A DNA stretch of 64,000 nucleotides from Deltaproteobacteria bacterium (GCA_023250635.1 JAHFAI010000005.1:1-64000), one strand, 5' to 3'; positions 46,631 through 56,723 are shown, counted from the first letter of the stretch. Translations and numbers: made by a program. Notes: generated from the letters alone by a model not told the origin.

Positions 46631-49600
46631 ATGAGCCACACCATAGATACCAACGATAACGAAAAGGTAGATTCAGTGGAAACCCATGAGGACCATATCG
46701 ATCGCGAGTTTCAGTTTGAAAAAACCGGTGAAGCTCTGGAAGAGTACATCCAAGATATCGCTGAAACGGTGCGCATCGGTCTTGACCAGAGCATTGCCAT
46801 TTTAACCCCCTGGTTTTTTAATAACTTACCCCGTATTTACTATCAAACCACCCCACGAGCAGAGAAAGTTCGTCACCTCTCGGCAGTTATTACCGGCCAT
46901 GTTTTTGAAACAAAACAAACTGTTGAACTATGGGATCGCAGCCATAATAAAGTGACCTATATTGGCCCTGGAGGTGACCGTGCAATTATCATCGATATGG
47001 CAAGTAAATTAGAACCCCTGGCTTTGAAGATGGGTTCACTGTATTTTTCTCGGGATAAACTCCTCTTTCTTTCAACCTTTTTTTGTCAGGGGCATAAACC
47101 CTTTGATCCCAAAAACGACCATGTAGCCAAAAAAATCGCCAGCGCTCAGCAGAGCATGCTCGATGAATTTCCGAACCATATCAAAGAAATCGATAACTTC
47201 ATCGCTAATCTTGATCACGATTTTACTGTTTATGCCACCCCCTTACGCATTCACTCGACCTTTCGCATGGTCCTCCATATGCTTTCCCACGAGGGAGCCC
47301 ATACCTTTGTTGAGCCCTTTCAAAATTCGCCTACCATTCGCTTAACCTTGGGGCTCAAAGGCATTCAAATCGCCAAGGTGCTTAAGAATATTCTCTATAT
47401 GATCAATCGCTACGAATTCGATATCTACCGCTCTTTTATCATCCAGTTTGAAGAGGGCTATGCAGAGCCGATCAGTATTTTGCACTTTGTTATGCGCCAT
47501 GCGAGCGAAGAGCAAGTCTCCATGCAACAAGCCCCCCTAGCCCGCTTAGTAAAAGCGCTACGGACCTTGGCGCTGATTGATTCTGACGACTATAACGATT
47601 TTATGAAGGCGCCTTTTCAGTTTTCTATAAACGCTGCAAATCTCATCAGAAGTATTGCCTCCTGGATCCATATCCTGCTCAGCAAAGAGAATATTTACTA
47701 TTATTCCCCTTATAAAATCGGCCAAACCTTTCGCACCTATCCCGAACTTACCTCCGAGCTAGTAACGTTATTCAGGCTTAAATTCGATCCTGGCCTCGAA
47801 GAGGAGCGTCGCGCTGATACCTATGAGCTGCATCGTCAGCAGTTTAGCGAACACCTGAAGGAAATGGTTGATCGAGTCGAACGCCATATCTTTAAAGAGA
47901 GCCTTAACTTTATTGATCATCTCTTGAAAACCAATTATTTTCTTTATACTCGCACCGGCTTAGCCTTTCGCCTCTCCCCCGAAGTTCTCGATTCAAAGTA
48001 TTACCCCCAGAAACCCTTTGGGATATTTTTCATTACCGGCCTCGGCTACCGCTTTTTTCATGTGCGTTGGAAAAACATCGCCCGCGGCGGCTTGCGAGTG
48101 GTAATGCCCCACAATGAAGCGGATTATAGCTTTGCGCTTTCGGGGCTATTTGATGAGGTCTATGGTTTGAGCCTGGCCCAACAACTTAAGAATAAAGATA
48201 TCCCCGAGGGCGGCTCCAAAGCCGTTATGTTATTGCAACCTGCAGCCAATCGCGAACGGGCGGTACGCGGAGGGATCAATGCCTTACTTGATCTCCTCGT
48301 TTCGGAAGATGAATCCCACGAAATTAAAGCAAGCAAACAAGTTTCCTACTATGCCGAACAAGAGATCATCTATCTTGGTCCCGACGAGAACGTCACCAAT
48401 GAACTGATCGAGTGGATTCCTCATCAGGCCGAACGACGCGGCTATGCCTATGCAAAAGCCTTTATGTCGTCAAAACCAAACGGCGGAATTAACCACAAAA
48501 TATATGGGGTAACCTCCGAGGGCCTCAATGTTTTCGTCAACCATATGCTGCATTTTTTGGGTATAGATCCCAAAACCCAAGGATTCACCGTCAAAATGAC
48601 CGGAGGCCCTAATGGCGATGTTGCCGGCAACGAGCTTAAAATTCTCTATCGCGAATATAAGGAAAACGCCAGAATTCTCTGTATTACTGATGGCGAAGGA
48701 GCTGCGTACGATCCCCAGGGCCTCGACTGGACAGAACTGCTGCGCTTGATACACCAGGAAAAGACCATCAACTGCTTTGATCCTGCCAAGCTCCACCCGT
48801 CCCCAGAAGCTTTTGTCATTACCGCAGACTCCCCGGATAATAATCGCAAGCGCAACGAGTTTTATGCAGGCGTAGCCAGCGATATCTTTATCCCGGCTGG
48901 CGGACGCCCCTATACCTTTAACGAGCATAATTGCCATAAGCTCTTGCTCAATAACCATAGCCCGTCATGCCGTTCAATTGTTGAAGGTGCCAATATTTTC
49001 TTTACCAAGGAAGCACGCACTTTTTTGCAAAAACACGGGGTATTTGTTATTAAAGACTCAAGCGCAAATAAGACCGGGGTAATCTGTTCTTCCTACGAAG
49101 TAATTGCCTCCCTGCTCCTCAGCGACCAGGAGTTTTTGGCAATCAAAGATATCTATGTCAAACAGGTAATTGAAATTCTGCGTAGCAAAGCCGGGATGGA
49201 AGCCCAATTGCTTTTCAACGAGTTTCAGGCAAAATCACGAGAAATTAGTTTGGTGGACTTATCGTTGGAGATTTCAAACGAAATCAATCAAATTACCGAT
49301 ATCTTACTCGATGAATTTTCCCGTGCCCCCGACACCATTCTTGGCGAAGATCTTGCCCACGAGATTCTTCTCCACCATTGTCCGGCGATTTTACAAGAAC
49401 ACTATGCTGAGCGCATCATCAAGCAATTACCCTCTGCCCATCGCGTCGCTATTCTAGCCTCATCAATTGCCAGTCATATTGTCTATCAGGAGGGGCTTGG
49501 CTGGTTGGACTCCATTGCTGCGGGAAAAATTGCTGCGGGAAAACGCTTCCAAGCGGCAATGATTTATATGCGTCACTCGCAAAAAACCAAGGAACTGATA

Positions 49601-49717
49601 GCGAGCGTCCGCGAATCGCCACTTCCCAATAAAGAGACGATCGCCTCGATTTTGCAGGTAAGCGCTGCCCGCAACCTCACCTTACTTGATTTGGCTCAGC
49701 TAGCGCGCGGGGAGTAG
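46631..49717 (+). CDS. gdh: NAD-specific glutamate dehydrogenase, large (about 115 kDa) type
   Basis: Motifs RGGLRVVMP, KDIPEGGSKAV, LGPDENVT, TGGPNGDVAGNE and IPAGGRP; 1028 aa. Confidence 0.8.
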   Translation: MSHTIDTNDNEKVDSVETHEDHIDREFQFEKTGEALEEYIQDIAETVRIGLDQSIAILTPWFFNNLPRIYYQTTPRAEKVRHLSAVITGHVFETKQTVELWDRSHNKVTYIGPGGDRAIIIDMASKLEPLALKMGSLYFSRDKLLFLSTFFCQGHKPFDPKNDHVAKKIASAQQSMLDEFPNHIKEIDNFIANLDHDFTVYATPLRIHSTFRMVLHMLSHEGAHTFVEPFQNSPTIRLTLGLKGIQIAKVLKNILYMINRYEFDIYRSFIIQFEEGYAEPISILHFVMRHASEEQVSMQQAPLARLVKALRTLALIDSDDYNDFMKAPFQFSINAANLIRSIASWIHILLSKENIYYYSPYKIGQTFRTYPELTSELVTLFRLKFDPGLEEERRADTYELHRQQFSEHLKEMVDRVERHIFKESLNFIDHLLKTNYFLYTRTGLAFRLSPEVLDSKYYPQKPFGIFFITGLGYRFFHVRWKNIARGGLRVVMPHNEADYSFALSGLFDEVYGLSLAQQLKNKDIPEGGSKAVMLLQPAANRERAVRGGINALLDLLVSEDESHEIKASKQVSYYAEQEIIYLGPDENVTNELIEWIPHQAERRGYAYAKAFMSSKPNGGINHKIYGVTSEGLNVFVNHMLHFLGIDPKTQGFTVKMTGGPNGDVAGNELKILYREYKENARILCITDGEGAAYDPQGLDWTELLRLIHQEKTINCFDPAKLHPSPEAFVITADSPDNNRKRNEFYAGVASDIFIPAGGRPYTFNEHNCHKLLLNNHSPSCRSIVEGANIFFTKEARTFLQKHGVFVIKDSSANKTGVICSSYEVIASLLLSDQEFLAIKDIYVKQVIEILRSKAGMEAQLLFNEFQAKSREISLVDLSLEISNEINQITDILLDEFSRAPDTILGEDLAHEILLHHCPAILQEHYAERIIKQLPSAHRVAILASSIASHIVYQEGLGWLDSIAAGKIAAGKRFQAAMIYMRHSQKTKELIASVRESPLPNKETIASILQVSAARNLTLLDLAQLARGE

Positions 49718-51697
49718 GAGCTGGGCAAGGGCATAATACTCATCCAGTACCCGGGGATTCTCCATGGCCTGAAGATTGTCAATGGGTATTCCGGCCAGTG
49801 CCTGGGTAACCACAAGCTCCATTTTTTTACCGCTGCGCGTATAGGGTATCGCCTTGACTTTGATTATTTTTCGCGGCACATGACGAGGGGAAAGCTGCTC
49901 GCGTAAGCGTTTTTTTATGGCCAACTGCAGGGCACTGTCAAGGACACTTTCACCTGCCATGGTGACGAATAAAATGATCTGGGTGTCGTCATGAACCGGA
50001 AGCCCAATGGCTAAAGCATCACTGAGCTGCTCAATTTCTTCCAACTGGCTATAGATTTCCGCTGTACCGATACGCACCCCTCCAGGATTGAGTACCGCAT
50101 CACTACGTCCATAGACAATGACCCCCCCGCGCTCAGTAATTTCCACAAAGTCCCCATGACGCCAGACTTCTTCATCCTTAAAAAAACTAAAGTAGGTGTC
50201 CTGGTAGCGCTTACCCTCCGGATCACCTACCAAGCCCAAGGGCATTGCCACAAAAGGCTGGGTACAAATAAGCTCGCCTTTTTCAGCGATTAAGCGCTGA
50301 GGACTGTCCTGACGACGAACAGCAATTGCCATACCCAGCCCTGCTGCTTGAATCTCTCCTTCATAGACGGGGAGCAGGGGATTACCAAGCATAAAACAAG
50401 AGACGATATCAGTTCCTCCTGACATCGAAGCTATCTGGACCTCCGCCTTTACCTGCTTGTAAATCCATTGACTATGAGCCGCGAGCAGCGGTGAACCCGT
50501 AGTCAGAATGCTGCGCAAAGCAGAAAAATCACCCGTGGTTTTTGGAGAAATCTCGCTTTTTAGCGACACACTCACGAATTTAGGGCTTGTGCCGAGCACG
50601 GTTAAGCGTTGCTCAGCGCACAGCTGCCATAAAAAACGTGGGCTCGGATAGGCTGGAGAACCATCATAGGTAAGCAGTTCCACCCCGAGAGCCAGAGCGG
50701 AAACCATCCAATGCCACATCATCCACCCGCAGGTGGTATAAAAAAGAAAGCGATCGTGGCGACCAAAATCGCCATGCAGCTGCTGCTCTTTTTTGTGCTG
50801 CAGCAGTGTTCTCCCCGCAGCGTGTACTAAACCTTTTGGTTTACCGGTAGTCCCCGAGGTGAAGAGGACATAAAGCGGGTGATCAAAAGGCAGCTCGGCA
50901 AAACTGAGTTCGTCCATCTGCTCAGAAAAAGCATGGCTCCCACGCCTTATAAACTCCTGGTAACTCTCCCAGTTTTCTCCGCCACCATCCTCCTGGTCAA
51001 CGAGGGAGGGATAGGGAAGGCCAATTCCTCGGACCGCACCTAAACTTCGTAAGCTGCTCGTTATTTTTTCGCGACAGGAGATATAAACACCGTTGTACTG
51101 GTAGCCCAGGGAGAAAAAAATTAGCTTTGCCTGCACCTGGAGCAAGCGCTCTACCAGGGCACTTTCACCAAAATCGGGAGAAACCGAGCACCAGACCGCT
51201 CCTAAAGAAGCTGCCGCCAGCATAATAACGATGGCCTCGCTCCCATTGACTAAGACTCCCCCTATATAATCTCCGCGAACGATTCCCAGGGCTCGCATTC
51301 CCGCTTGCACTGCGCTTACTTCCCGACGAAGCTCGCGCGCGCTGAGATGGCGTCGATATTTGTTTTCGTAGATACTGGTCAAGACGATCTGCTCACTGGC
51401 CACGGGTAGAAGGTTTTCGGCAAAATTAAGGGTTCCCTCCCCAAACCATTCCGCGGTACGCATTCCTCCCTGCTGGTTACGATAACTAAAACGGGGAGGG
51501 TTTTGCCATTTGATCTGGCAAAACTCAGCAAGCAAGCCCCAAAAATCAGCGATCTCCGTCAGTGACCAAGCATAGAGTTGCTCCCAGGAAAACAGGGATT
51601 TTCCCGTTTTTTCGTTAACAAAATTTAGAAAAGCATTCATCTGGCTTTGACGAACGTATGCGGGGCTCGCCTGCCACATCTGAGTAGCTCGTATCAT
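49700..51697 (-). CDS. Acetoacetyl-CoA synthetase
   Basis: N-terminus typical of acetoacetate-CoA ligases (...FLNFVNEKTGKSLFSWEQLYAWS...FW) and AMP-binding motif FTSGTTGKPKG; 665 aa. Confidence 0.82.
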   Translation of the reverse strand: MIRATQMWQASPAYVRQSQMNAFLNFVNEKTGKSLFSWEQLYAWSLTEIADFWGLLAEFCQIKWQNPPRFSYRNQQGGMRTAEWFGEGTLNFAENLLPVASEQIVLTSIYENKYRRHLSARELRREVSAVQAGMRALGIVRGDYIGGVLVNGSEAIVIMLAAASLGAVWCSVSPDFGESALVERLLQVQAKLIFFSLGYQYNGVYISCREKITSSLRSLGAVRGIGLPYPSLVDQEDGGGENWESYQEFIRRGSHAFSEQMDELSFAELPFDHPLYVLFTSGTTGKPKGLVHAAGRTLLQHKKEQQLHGDFGRHDRFLFYTTCGWMMWHWMVSALALGVELLTYDGSPAYPSPRFLWQLCAEQRLTVLGTSPKFVSVSLKSEISPKTTGDFSALRSILTTGSPLLAAHSQWIYKQVKAEVQIASMSGGTDIVSCFMLGNPLLPVYEGEIQAAGLGMAIAVRRQDSPQRLIAEKGELICTQPFVAMPLGLVGDPEGKRYQDTYFSFFKDEEVWRHGDFVEITERGGVIVYGRSDAVLNPGGVRIGTAEIYSQLEEIEQLSDALAIGLPVHDDTQIILFVTMAGESVLDSALQLAIKKRLREQLSPRHVPRKIIKVKAIPYTRSGKKMELVVTQALAGIPIDNLQAMENPRVLDEYYALAQLLLPAR

Positions 51698-51911
51698 CTA
51701 GAGGATTCCTTGCAGGGAAATTCTTATGGCAAAAACGGCGTGATCATGCACCCCATTAGCGGGGGCAGTTGCCTTGCACTAGTCAAATTTGTATGATATT
51801 TACAACATATTTGCAAAGGATTATGCCTTCGACTTAGGGCCTTTAATACCCGCTTGGAAAAGGGTCCAGCTACGGTTTGTCTATCTACCTTGTCAATGAG
51901 TACCAACACCG

Positions 51912-53330
51912 GTGATTCATAAAAAAAGATTATCATTAGCGGTTTCAACAGGCATTGCCATTGAAACCGTCAACAAAATTGCCCCGCTGATTATTCTCCA
52001 TCTTGCCAAAAAGCGCCTGGGCTTAGAAATGTTTGGCTTTGCCCTCTTTGGTATTTCGTTTATCGAAATGGTGGTTCCCTTTGTCAGCTATGGTTATAGC
52101 CACCTTGGTTCTTTGCAGATAGCTGAGCAATTGAAGCAGCGCGCCAGGATTCCTGAGATTATCAATAATATCATTGCCCTAAGAATTATCCATAGCCTGG
52201 TAGTCTTTGCCTTATTCTGGTTGCTCTTTGTCTATTATCCCCCGTATTGGCAATACCGCAGCCTTTATTTGGCACTGAGCTTTATTCTTTTTTCTACCGC
52301 GATTGAAACTATTTGGGTCCACGTCGCTACCCAGGAAGTGACCCTGGTCAACCTAGCCATTGGGGTGGGACGATTCTTCAGTCTCGGCTGTATTTTTCTG
52401 TTTATCGGTTCTGCCGAAGATGCAATTCTCTTTGCCGTCCTCAACCTCTTCTCCAATGCATTAATTAATCTGCTGACCTTCATCAATACCCGACGCCACT
52501 ATTCTTGGACCCGGCCTAACTGGCCGATGATGAAGCTAACTTTTCGCCATGCCCATATTTTTGCACTTATTTCTTTTTTAATGGTTTACTTTGAACGTAT
52601 CGATGTGATGATCGTCGAAAAATATCTTGGTCTCACCAACGCCGCTCTCTATGCAGGCCCTGCGCGCATAGGCCACAGCCTTTATCAAGTAGCTAATGCT
52701 ATCGTCATCGCCTTTTTCTCGGAGATGATCGTCCAACCCGATAAGGATGGACTGACTAAGCACCTCCAGCTGGGACTCTGGGCGTTGATGGTCTTTATGG
52801 CACCAATCGTTGCAGGCGTCTGGTTTGTGGACCATACGGTTTTACAATTTATTTTTGGGGTTGAATATGTAGAGGTCAGCCCCATTCTCGGGATGATCGT
52901 CTCGAGCACCTTTCTTGCAGTACTAATTGCCGCATTGGGCTTACAAATTCTCGTAGTCAAACAAAAAACCAAAGCTTTGCTGATGAGTCTGTTGTGGGGA
53001 GCAGGACTAGGGACCTGCCTGGCGATTCGTCTGGTCGGTCCCTGGGGGATCTATGGGGTAAGCTTGGGATTGATTGTCGGCAAAGCTCTGACTCTTATCC
53101 TCATCATCAAAGAATCAAAGCCTTTTCTTCACAAATTTCCCATAAAAGAAATCTCCCTTACCCTGCTGCCTGCCTTGCTGATGGCAGCTCTCCTTTACTT
53201 ACTAAAATTCGACCAATGGGAGCAGAATATACTTGCCGGAGCCTTCTTTTATATCTTTTTTCTCCTTGGATTTAATCGCAGTCAATTGCTCAAATTTTAT
53301 CGATTGCTGACTAACAAAAAGGACAGATAA
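51912..53330 (+). CDS. Polytopic membrane protein, MOP/Wzx-like polysaccharide flippase
   Basis: About 12-14 hydrophobic segments and 472 aa. The call rests on overall resemblance to Wzx/MOP flippases, with no sharp motif. GTG start. Confidence 0.5.
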   Translation: MIHKKRLSLAVSTGIAIETVNKIAPLIILHLAKKRLGLEMFGFALFGISFIEMVVPFVSYGYSHLGSLQIAEQLKQRARIPEIINNIIALRIIHSLVVFALFWLLFVYYPPYWQYRSLYLALSFILFSTAIETIWVHVATQEVTLVNLAIGVGRFFSLGCIFLFIGSAEDAILFAVLNLFSNALINLLTFINTRRHYSWTRPNWPMMKLTFRHAHIFALISFLMVYFERIDVMIVEKYLGLTNAALYAGPARIGHSLYQVANAIVIAFFSEMIVQPDKDGLTKHLQLGLWALMVFMAPIVAGVWFVDHTVLQFIFGVEYVEVSPILGMIVSSTFLAVLIAALGLQILVVKQKTKALLMSLLWGAGLGTCLAIRLVGPWGIYGVSLGLIVGKALTLILIIKESKPFLHKFPIKEISLTLLPALLMAALLYLLKFDQWEQNILAGAFFYIFFLLGFNRSQLLKFYRLLTNKKDR

Positions 53331-53683
53331 CAAGCCGCGAATTGTCCTCTGCAAGAAACAATGCAAAAATTTCCTTTGCTTGCTCGCCGGAGTGTGGTTA
53401 AATTATTGGAGTTCTCGCTTAGTGCTAATCAGCTCTTCCGACGAGAGATAAACTCGAAGCTGGTTGCAAATAAGGCTCTTTGAAATTACTTAAATGATTT
53501 TAATTCAACTTTTGAAAAAAAATTATTAATTTTCTGGAGCAGTTTATGCTATTATTATTTTAGATATTGTTGTTTGCTCATGATTAACCTCTTTCTTAAT
53601 CGGATCGCAAACGACACCCCCAAAAAACTCCAGCTGGGCTAAACCCCGAGCTGGGCATCTCGATCACCTTGAGGAGGCTAGCG

Positions 53684-53998
53684 TTGGTTACCAAGAAAAA
53701 AGCAAAAGCAGCAAAAAAAGGCACCAAGAAGAAGAAAACCGCAAAAAGAAAGACCACCAAGAAAAAAGTAACCAAGAAGACCACCAAGAAAAAAGCGGCC
53801 AAGAAGACCACCAAGAAAAAAGCCACAAAAAGAAAAGTTGGTAAGAAAAAAGCGAAGAAAAAAGTCGCCAAGAAGAAGGCTACTAAAAGAAAAGCCGCAA
53901 AGAAAAAAACCACCAAGAAGACCACTAAGAAAAAAGCAGCCAAAAGAAAAGTTCGCAGAAAAGCGAAGAAAAAAGTCGTGGTTGTTCCTGTAGCGTAA
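53684..53998 (+). CDS. Lysine-rich histone-H1-like basic protein (about 104 aa)
   Basis: Almost entirely K/A/T/R repeats (KKTTKKKAAKK...). GAGGAGG (53671-53677) lies 6 nt upstream of TTG 53684. Both antisense ORFs are low-complexity mirrors. Confidence 0.65.
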   Translation: MVTKKKAKAAKKGTKKKKTAKRKTTKKKVTKKTTKKKAAKKTTKKKATKRKVGKKKAKKKVAKKKATKRKAAKKKTTKKTTKKKAAKRKVRRKAKKKVVVVPVA

Positions 53999-54030
53999 TT
54001 TTATACGTAAAAACGGCACATTACAATTTT

Positions 54031-54069
54031 AACCGGGCTCGTCCTTTTTGGGGGGGTCCGGTTTTTTTA
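54031..54069 (+). terminator. Putative Rho-independent terminator
   Basis: AACCGGGCTC pairs with GGGGTCCGGTT (about 10 bp including G-U pairs) and is followed by a T7 run. Confidence 0.5.
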
Positions 54070-54146
54070 TGGGTTTTTTCTGCTTTTATTCCTGGTAAAA
54101 TAAGTATAATACCGCAATCGATACACTCTCTTGGTAAAAGGTTGCT

Positions 54147-55304
54147 ATGTTTCGAGCACTTACCTTATACGCACTATCAGCTCGGCAATTAATTCGCCGT
54201 TTAATCTCTCATCTGGGAGAAGAACTGGTTATTGGTAGTTGTAGCCTGATACTGGTCGCGCTCTTTTACTATATCTTTAGTGATTTTATTGCCCACGAAG
54301 TCCAAGCAATCTCTCCTGAACTCAGTCAGACTTTGGGCACTGCTCTCGCCTTTCTTGTGCTCAGCGCCAGCGCCATGAAGGCTGGGGCATACCTCTGTAT
54401 CTCCCTTGCACAACCCGAACAGTTCGCCGCATTTGCAGCCCGTCTCGGTGAAAGCCCCCGGGTACTTACCTACCTGCGTCTGCTCTGGCTCCCCAGCCTC
54501 CTGCTCTATTTTTATGTACCAAGTTTTGTCTTGGTGAGCTGTGGTTTTGTCCATTGGCACACCGAAAACTACGCCGGTGCTTTTGCCTGCTGTCTACTCA
54601 TCACCGCTCTTTCGTGGGGAGTTTGTCGAATCCAGGAAAACAAAGGGCCGCAGCAGCTGACCTTGCTAAGCCCGAGCCCCTGGAAGAGGATCACCGTCAT
54701 TGACCATCCCTTGATAACCATGTGGTGGTGGCGATTCCAACAACTGGTTTTTCGCCATCCACGGGCCCGAGTATTTTTGCTCCTTGGCAGTGCTGGCTTG
54801 TTGCTGACCAATTACTGCCTGCTGAAAAGTGCAGCCGATCTGCTGGTAGTAGTGGCTGCCTATTTTACGGGAATCGCCGTAGCCTTCTCCTTGATTCTCT
54901 TTATTGCTGATGACTGCAAAAGCTTATGGATAGAAAAAGAATGTGGGGTATCTCATAACTTGTTTTTTGCCAGCCTCGAACTTTTAGGGCTCAGTATAGG
55001 AGCCGTTTTTCTTGTCCTCCAAGGAAGCCTGATGGGATTGGTGTGGGGATTTGCAGCTCCTCCCACTCTCGGAGGCTTGCTGATGCTAAAAATTGTAGCG
55101 ATCATGATCACCCCTTCATGTATCGTCCCCGCTTTGGCTTTACAAATCGATGGCAAACGCCCAGGGGTACAGATGATCAGCGTCATTCTTGTGAGCCTGC
55201 TACTGACGACAGCAATTTTTGCCCAGCTGCTCAGCGTACTACTCCTGCCCCTGGTGAGTTCCTATGGCCGTAGCTCCCAGCGCGATCGTTACTATTATCT
55301 TTAG
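54147..55304 (+). CDS. Uncharacterised polytopic membrane protein (putative ABC exporter permease partner)
   Basis: About 8-10 hydrophobic segments, directly upstream of an ABC ATPase. TATAAT at 54105-54110. No family recognised. Confidence 0.5.
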   Translation: MFRALTLYALSARQLIRRLISHLGEELVIGSCSLILVALFYYIFSDFIAHEVQAISPELSQTLGTALAFLVLSASAMKAGAYLCISLAQPEQFAAFAARLGESPRVLTYLRLLWLPSLLLYFYVPSFVLVSCGFVHWHTENYAGAFACCLLITALSWGVCRIQENKGPQQLTLLSPSPWKRITVIDHPLITMWWWRFQQLVFRHPRARVFLLLGSAGLLLTNYCLLKSAADLLVVVAAYFTGIAVAFSLILFIADDCKSLWIEKECGVSHNLFFASLELLGLSIGAVFLVLQGSLMGLVWGFAAPPTLGGLLMLKIVAIMITPSCIVPALALQIDGKRPGVQMISVILVSLLLTTAIFAQLLSVLLLPLVSSYGRSSQRDRYYYL

Positions 55305-55325
55305 AGCTAAGAAGGAAAATTGCCG

Positions 55326-56078
55326 ATGCTGTCCTCCTCCCCCCTTCTCGAAGTACATAATCTCAGCAGGAGACATCCTGGTGGTTTCGAGCTTCACTCC
55401 ACCAGTTTTTCTTTGTCGAGGGGTACTACCCACGCTATTTTAGGATTGAATGGGGCCGGTAAATCCACCTTATTCCAGCTACTCTCAGCCAATAGCTTTG
55501 CTGCTTCAGGAACGATACTGCTGCTCGGCAAAGTGCTGCGTCCCGAACACTATGCCCTCAAAAAAAACATCGGCTACCTACCCCAAAACTTACAACTACC
55601 CCCCTGGATTAGCGGTAAAGAGCTTTTGCACTATGCCGCACGGCTGTACGAAATTCCCGCAGCTGACCAGCGCATTAGCCACATGCTCGACTACTGGGAT
55701 TGCCAAAGTTTTGCCCAATTAGCCCTCGGCGCCTGCTCCCACGGCATGCAGAAACGTCTCGCCCTCTCCTTAGCCTTGCTCCACGACCCGCTACTCTTGA
55801 TCCTCGATGAACCTTTTTCAGGTTTGGACCTCCATCACACCAGAGCTTTAGAGAGGGAAATTCTCGCCCGTCGTGAAAACGGAAAACTCACCATCCTCAG
55901 CACCCATGTTATCCCCTACGTGGTTGACCTCTGCCAATCAACCGCCATTCTCGACAGAGGTCAGCTTACCCATCTCGAGGGCTGGGAAACGGGGGATGAC
56001 CTCACCAAAAAACAACGTATCGAAGACTTTTTTTTTAGGGATCAGGCCTTAGCAAACGGGAAATCGAGCCGACACTGA
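55326..56078 (+). CDS. ABC transporter ATP-binding protein
   Basis: Walker A GLNGAGKST, signature-like CSHGMQKRL, Walker B LLILDEP, H-loop ILSTHV. Confidence 0.85.
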   Translation: MLSSSPLLEVHNLSRRHPGGFELHSTSFSLSRGTTHAILGLNGAGKSTLFQLLSANSFAASGTILLLGKVLRPEHYALKKNIGYLPQNLQLPPWISGKELLHYAARLYEIPAADQRISHMLDYWDCQSFAQLALGACSHGMQKRLALSLALLHDPLLLILDEPFSGLDLHHTRALEREILARRENGKLTILSTHVIPYVVDLCQSTAILDRGQLTHLEGWETGDDLTKKQRIEDFFFRDQALANGKSSRH

Positions 56079-56640
56079 GCTCGAGATGCTGAGCAATTTG
56101 GCGAATGGTCAGCCCCTGGCCGCGAAGATCTTGCGCTTGCTCGATTTTCGCGGGGGTGATTTTTTTGGGGGCGCCAAGCACGACACCTTTTTTGCGAGCT
56201 GCAGCCAGACCGGCAACTACCCGTGCAACAATGGTTTCCCGTTCAATTTCCGCAATCTCGGCAAAAGCAGTCAATAGGGTCCGACGAAAGGGGTTTTCGT
56301 GGGCAAGATTTAAAACCGGCTGATTGACGGCAACAAAAGCCACCCCCACTTCGTCTAGTTGGAGAATAAGACGAATAGCTGTGGTGGCGTGGCGGCTAAA
56401 GCGATCCAAGCGGTAGACAACGATGGTGTCTACTTTTTTATTAAAGGCATCATCGAGCATTTTTTTTAGACCCGGACGATTTAAGGAGCGGCCCGAAATC
56501 CCCTCATCGCTATACTCATAGATTTTCTTGGGCTTATTCTCAGCCGATAAACCCTCGAGCCAACGAGCAATTTCTACCCGTTGGCTACCCAAATCTTGCC
56601 GATCGGTGGAAACGCGATAATAGACCGCAATATTCTGCAT
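56035..56640 (-). CDS. Serine recombinase (resolvase/invertase family)
   Basis: Catalytic-domain motifs AVYYRVSTDRQ and IVVYRLDRFSRH, with a C-terminal HTH (GLTIRQIAQHLELSVGSISRLL). Confidence 0.85.
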   Translation of the reverse strand: MQNIAVYYRVSTDRQDLGSQRVEIARWLEGLSAENKPKKIYEYSDEGISGRSLNRPGLKKMLDDAFNKKVDTIVVYRLDRFSRHATTAIRLILQLDEVGVAFVAVNQPVLNLAHENPFRRTLLTAFAEIAEIERETIVARVVAGLAAARKKGVVLGAPKKITPAKIEQAQDLRGQGLTIRQIAQHLELSVGSISRLLRPDP

Positions 56641-56723
56641 GCCTGAACTCCATCACTGTTTTCTTCTCGCTCAACTGAATAAAAAGCTCTAGAAGCTAGG
56701 TGATAATAAGATAATCTCAAACC

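Noticed and set aside
55326-56078. A degenerate ABC signature motif (CSHGMQKRL) as a sign of an inactive ATPase
   Set aside because: LSxGMxxRL-type signatures are common in ABC-2/DrrA-like ATPases, and Walker A, Walker B and the H-loop are intact. This is not strong enough to call.
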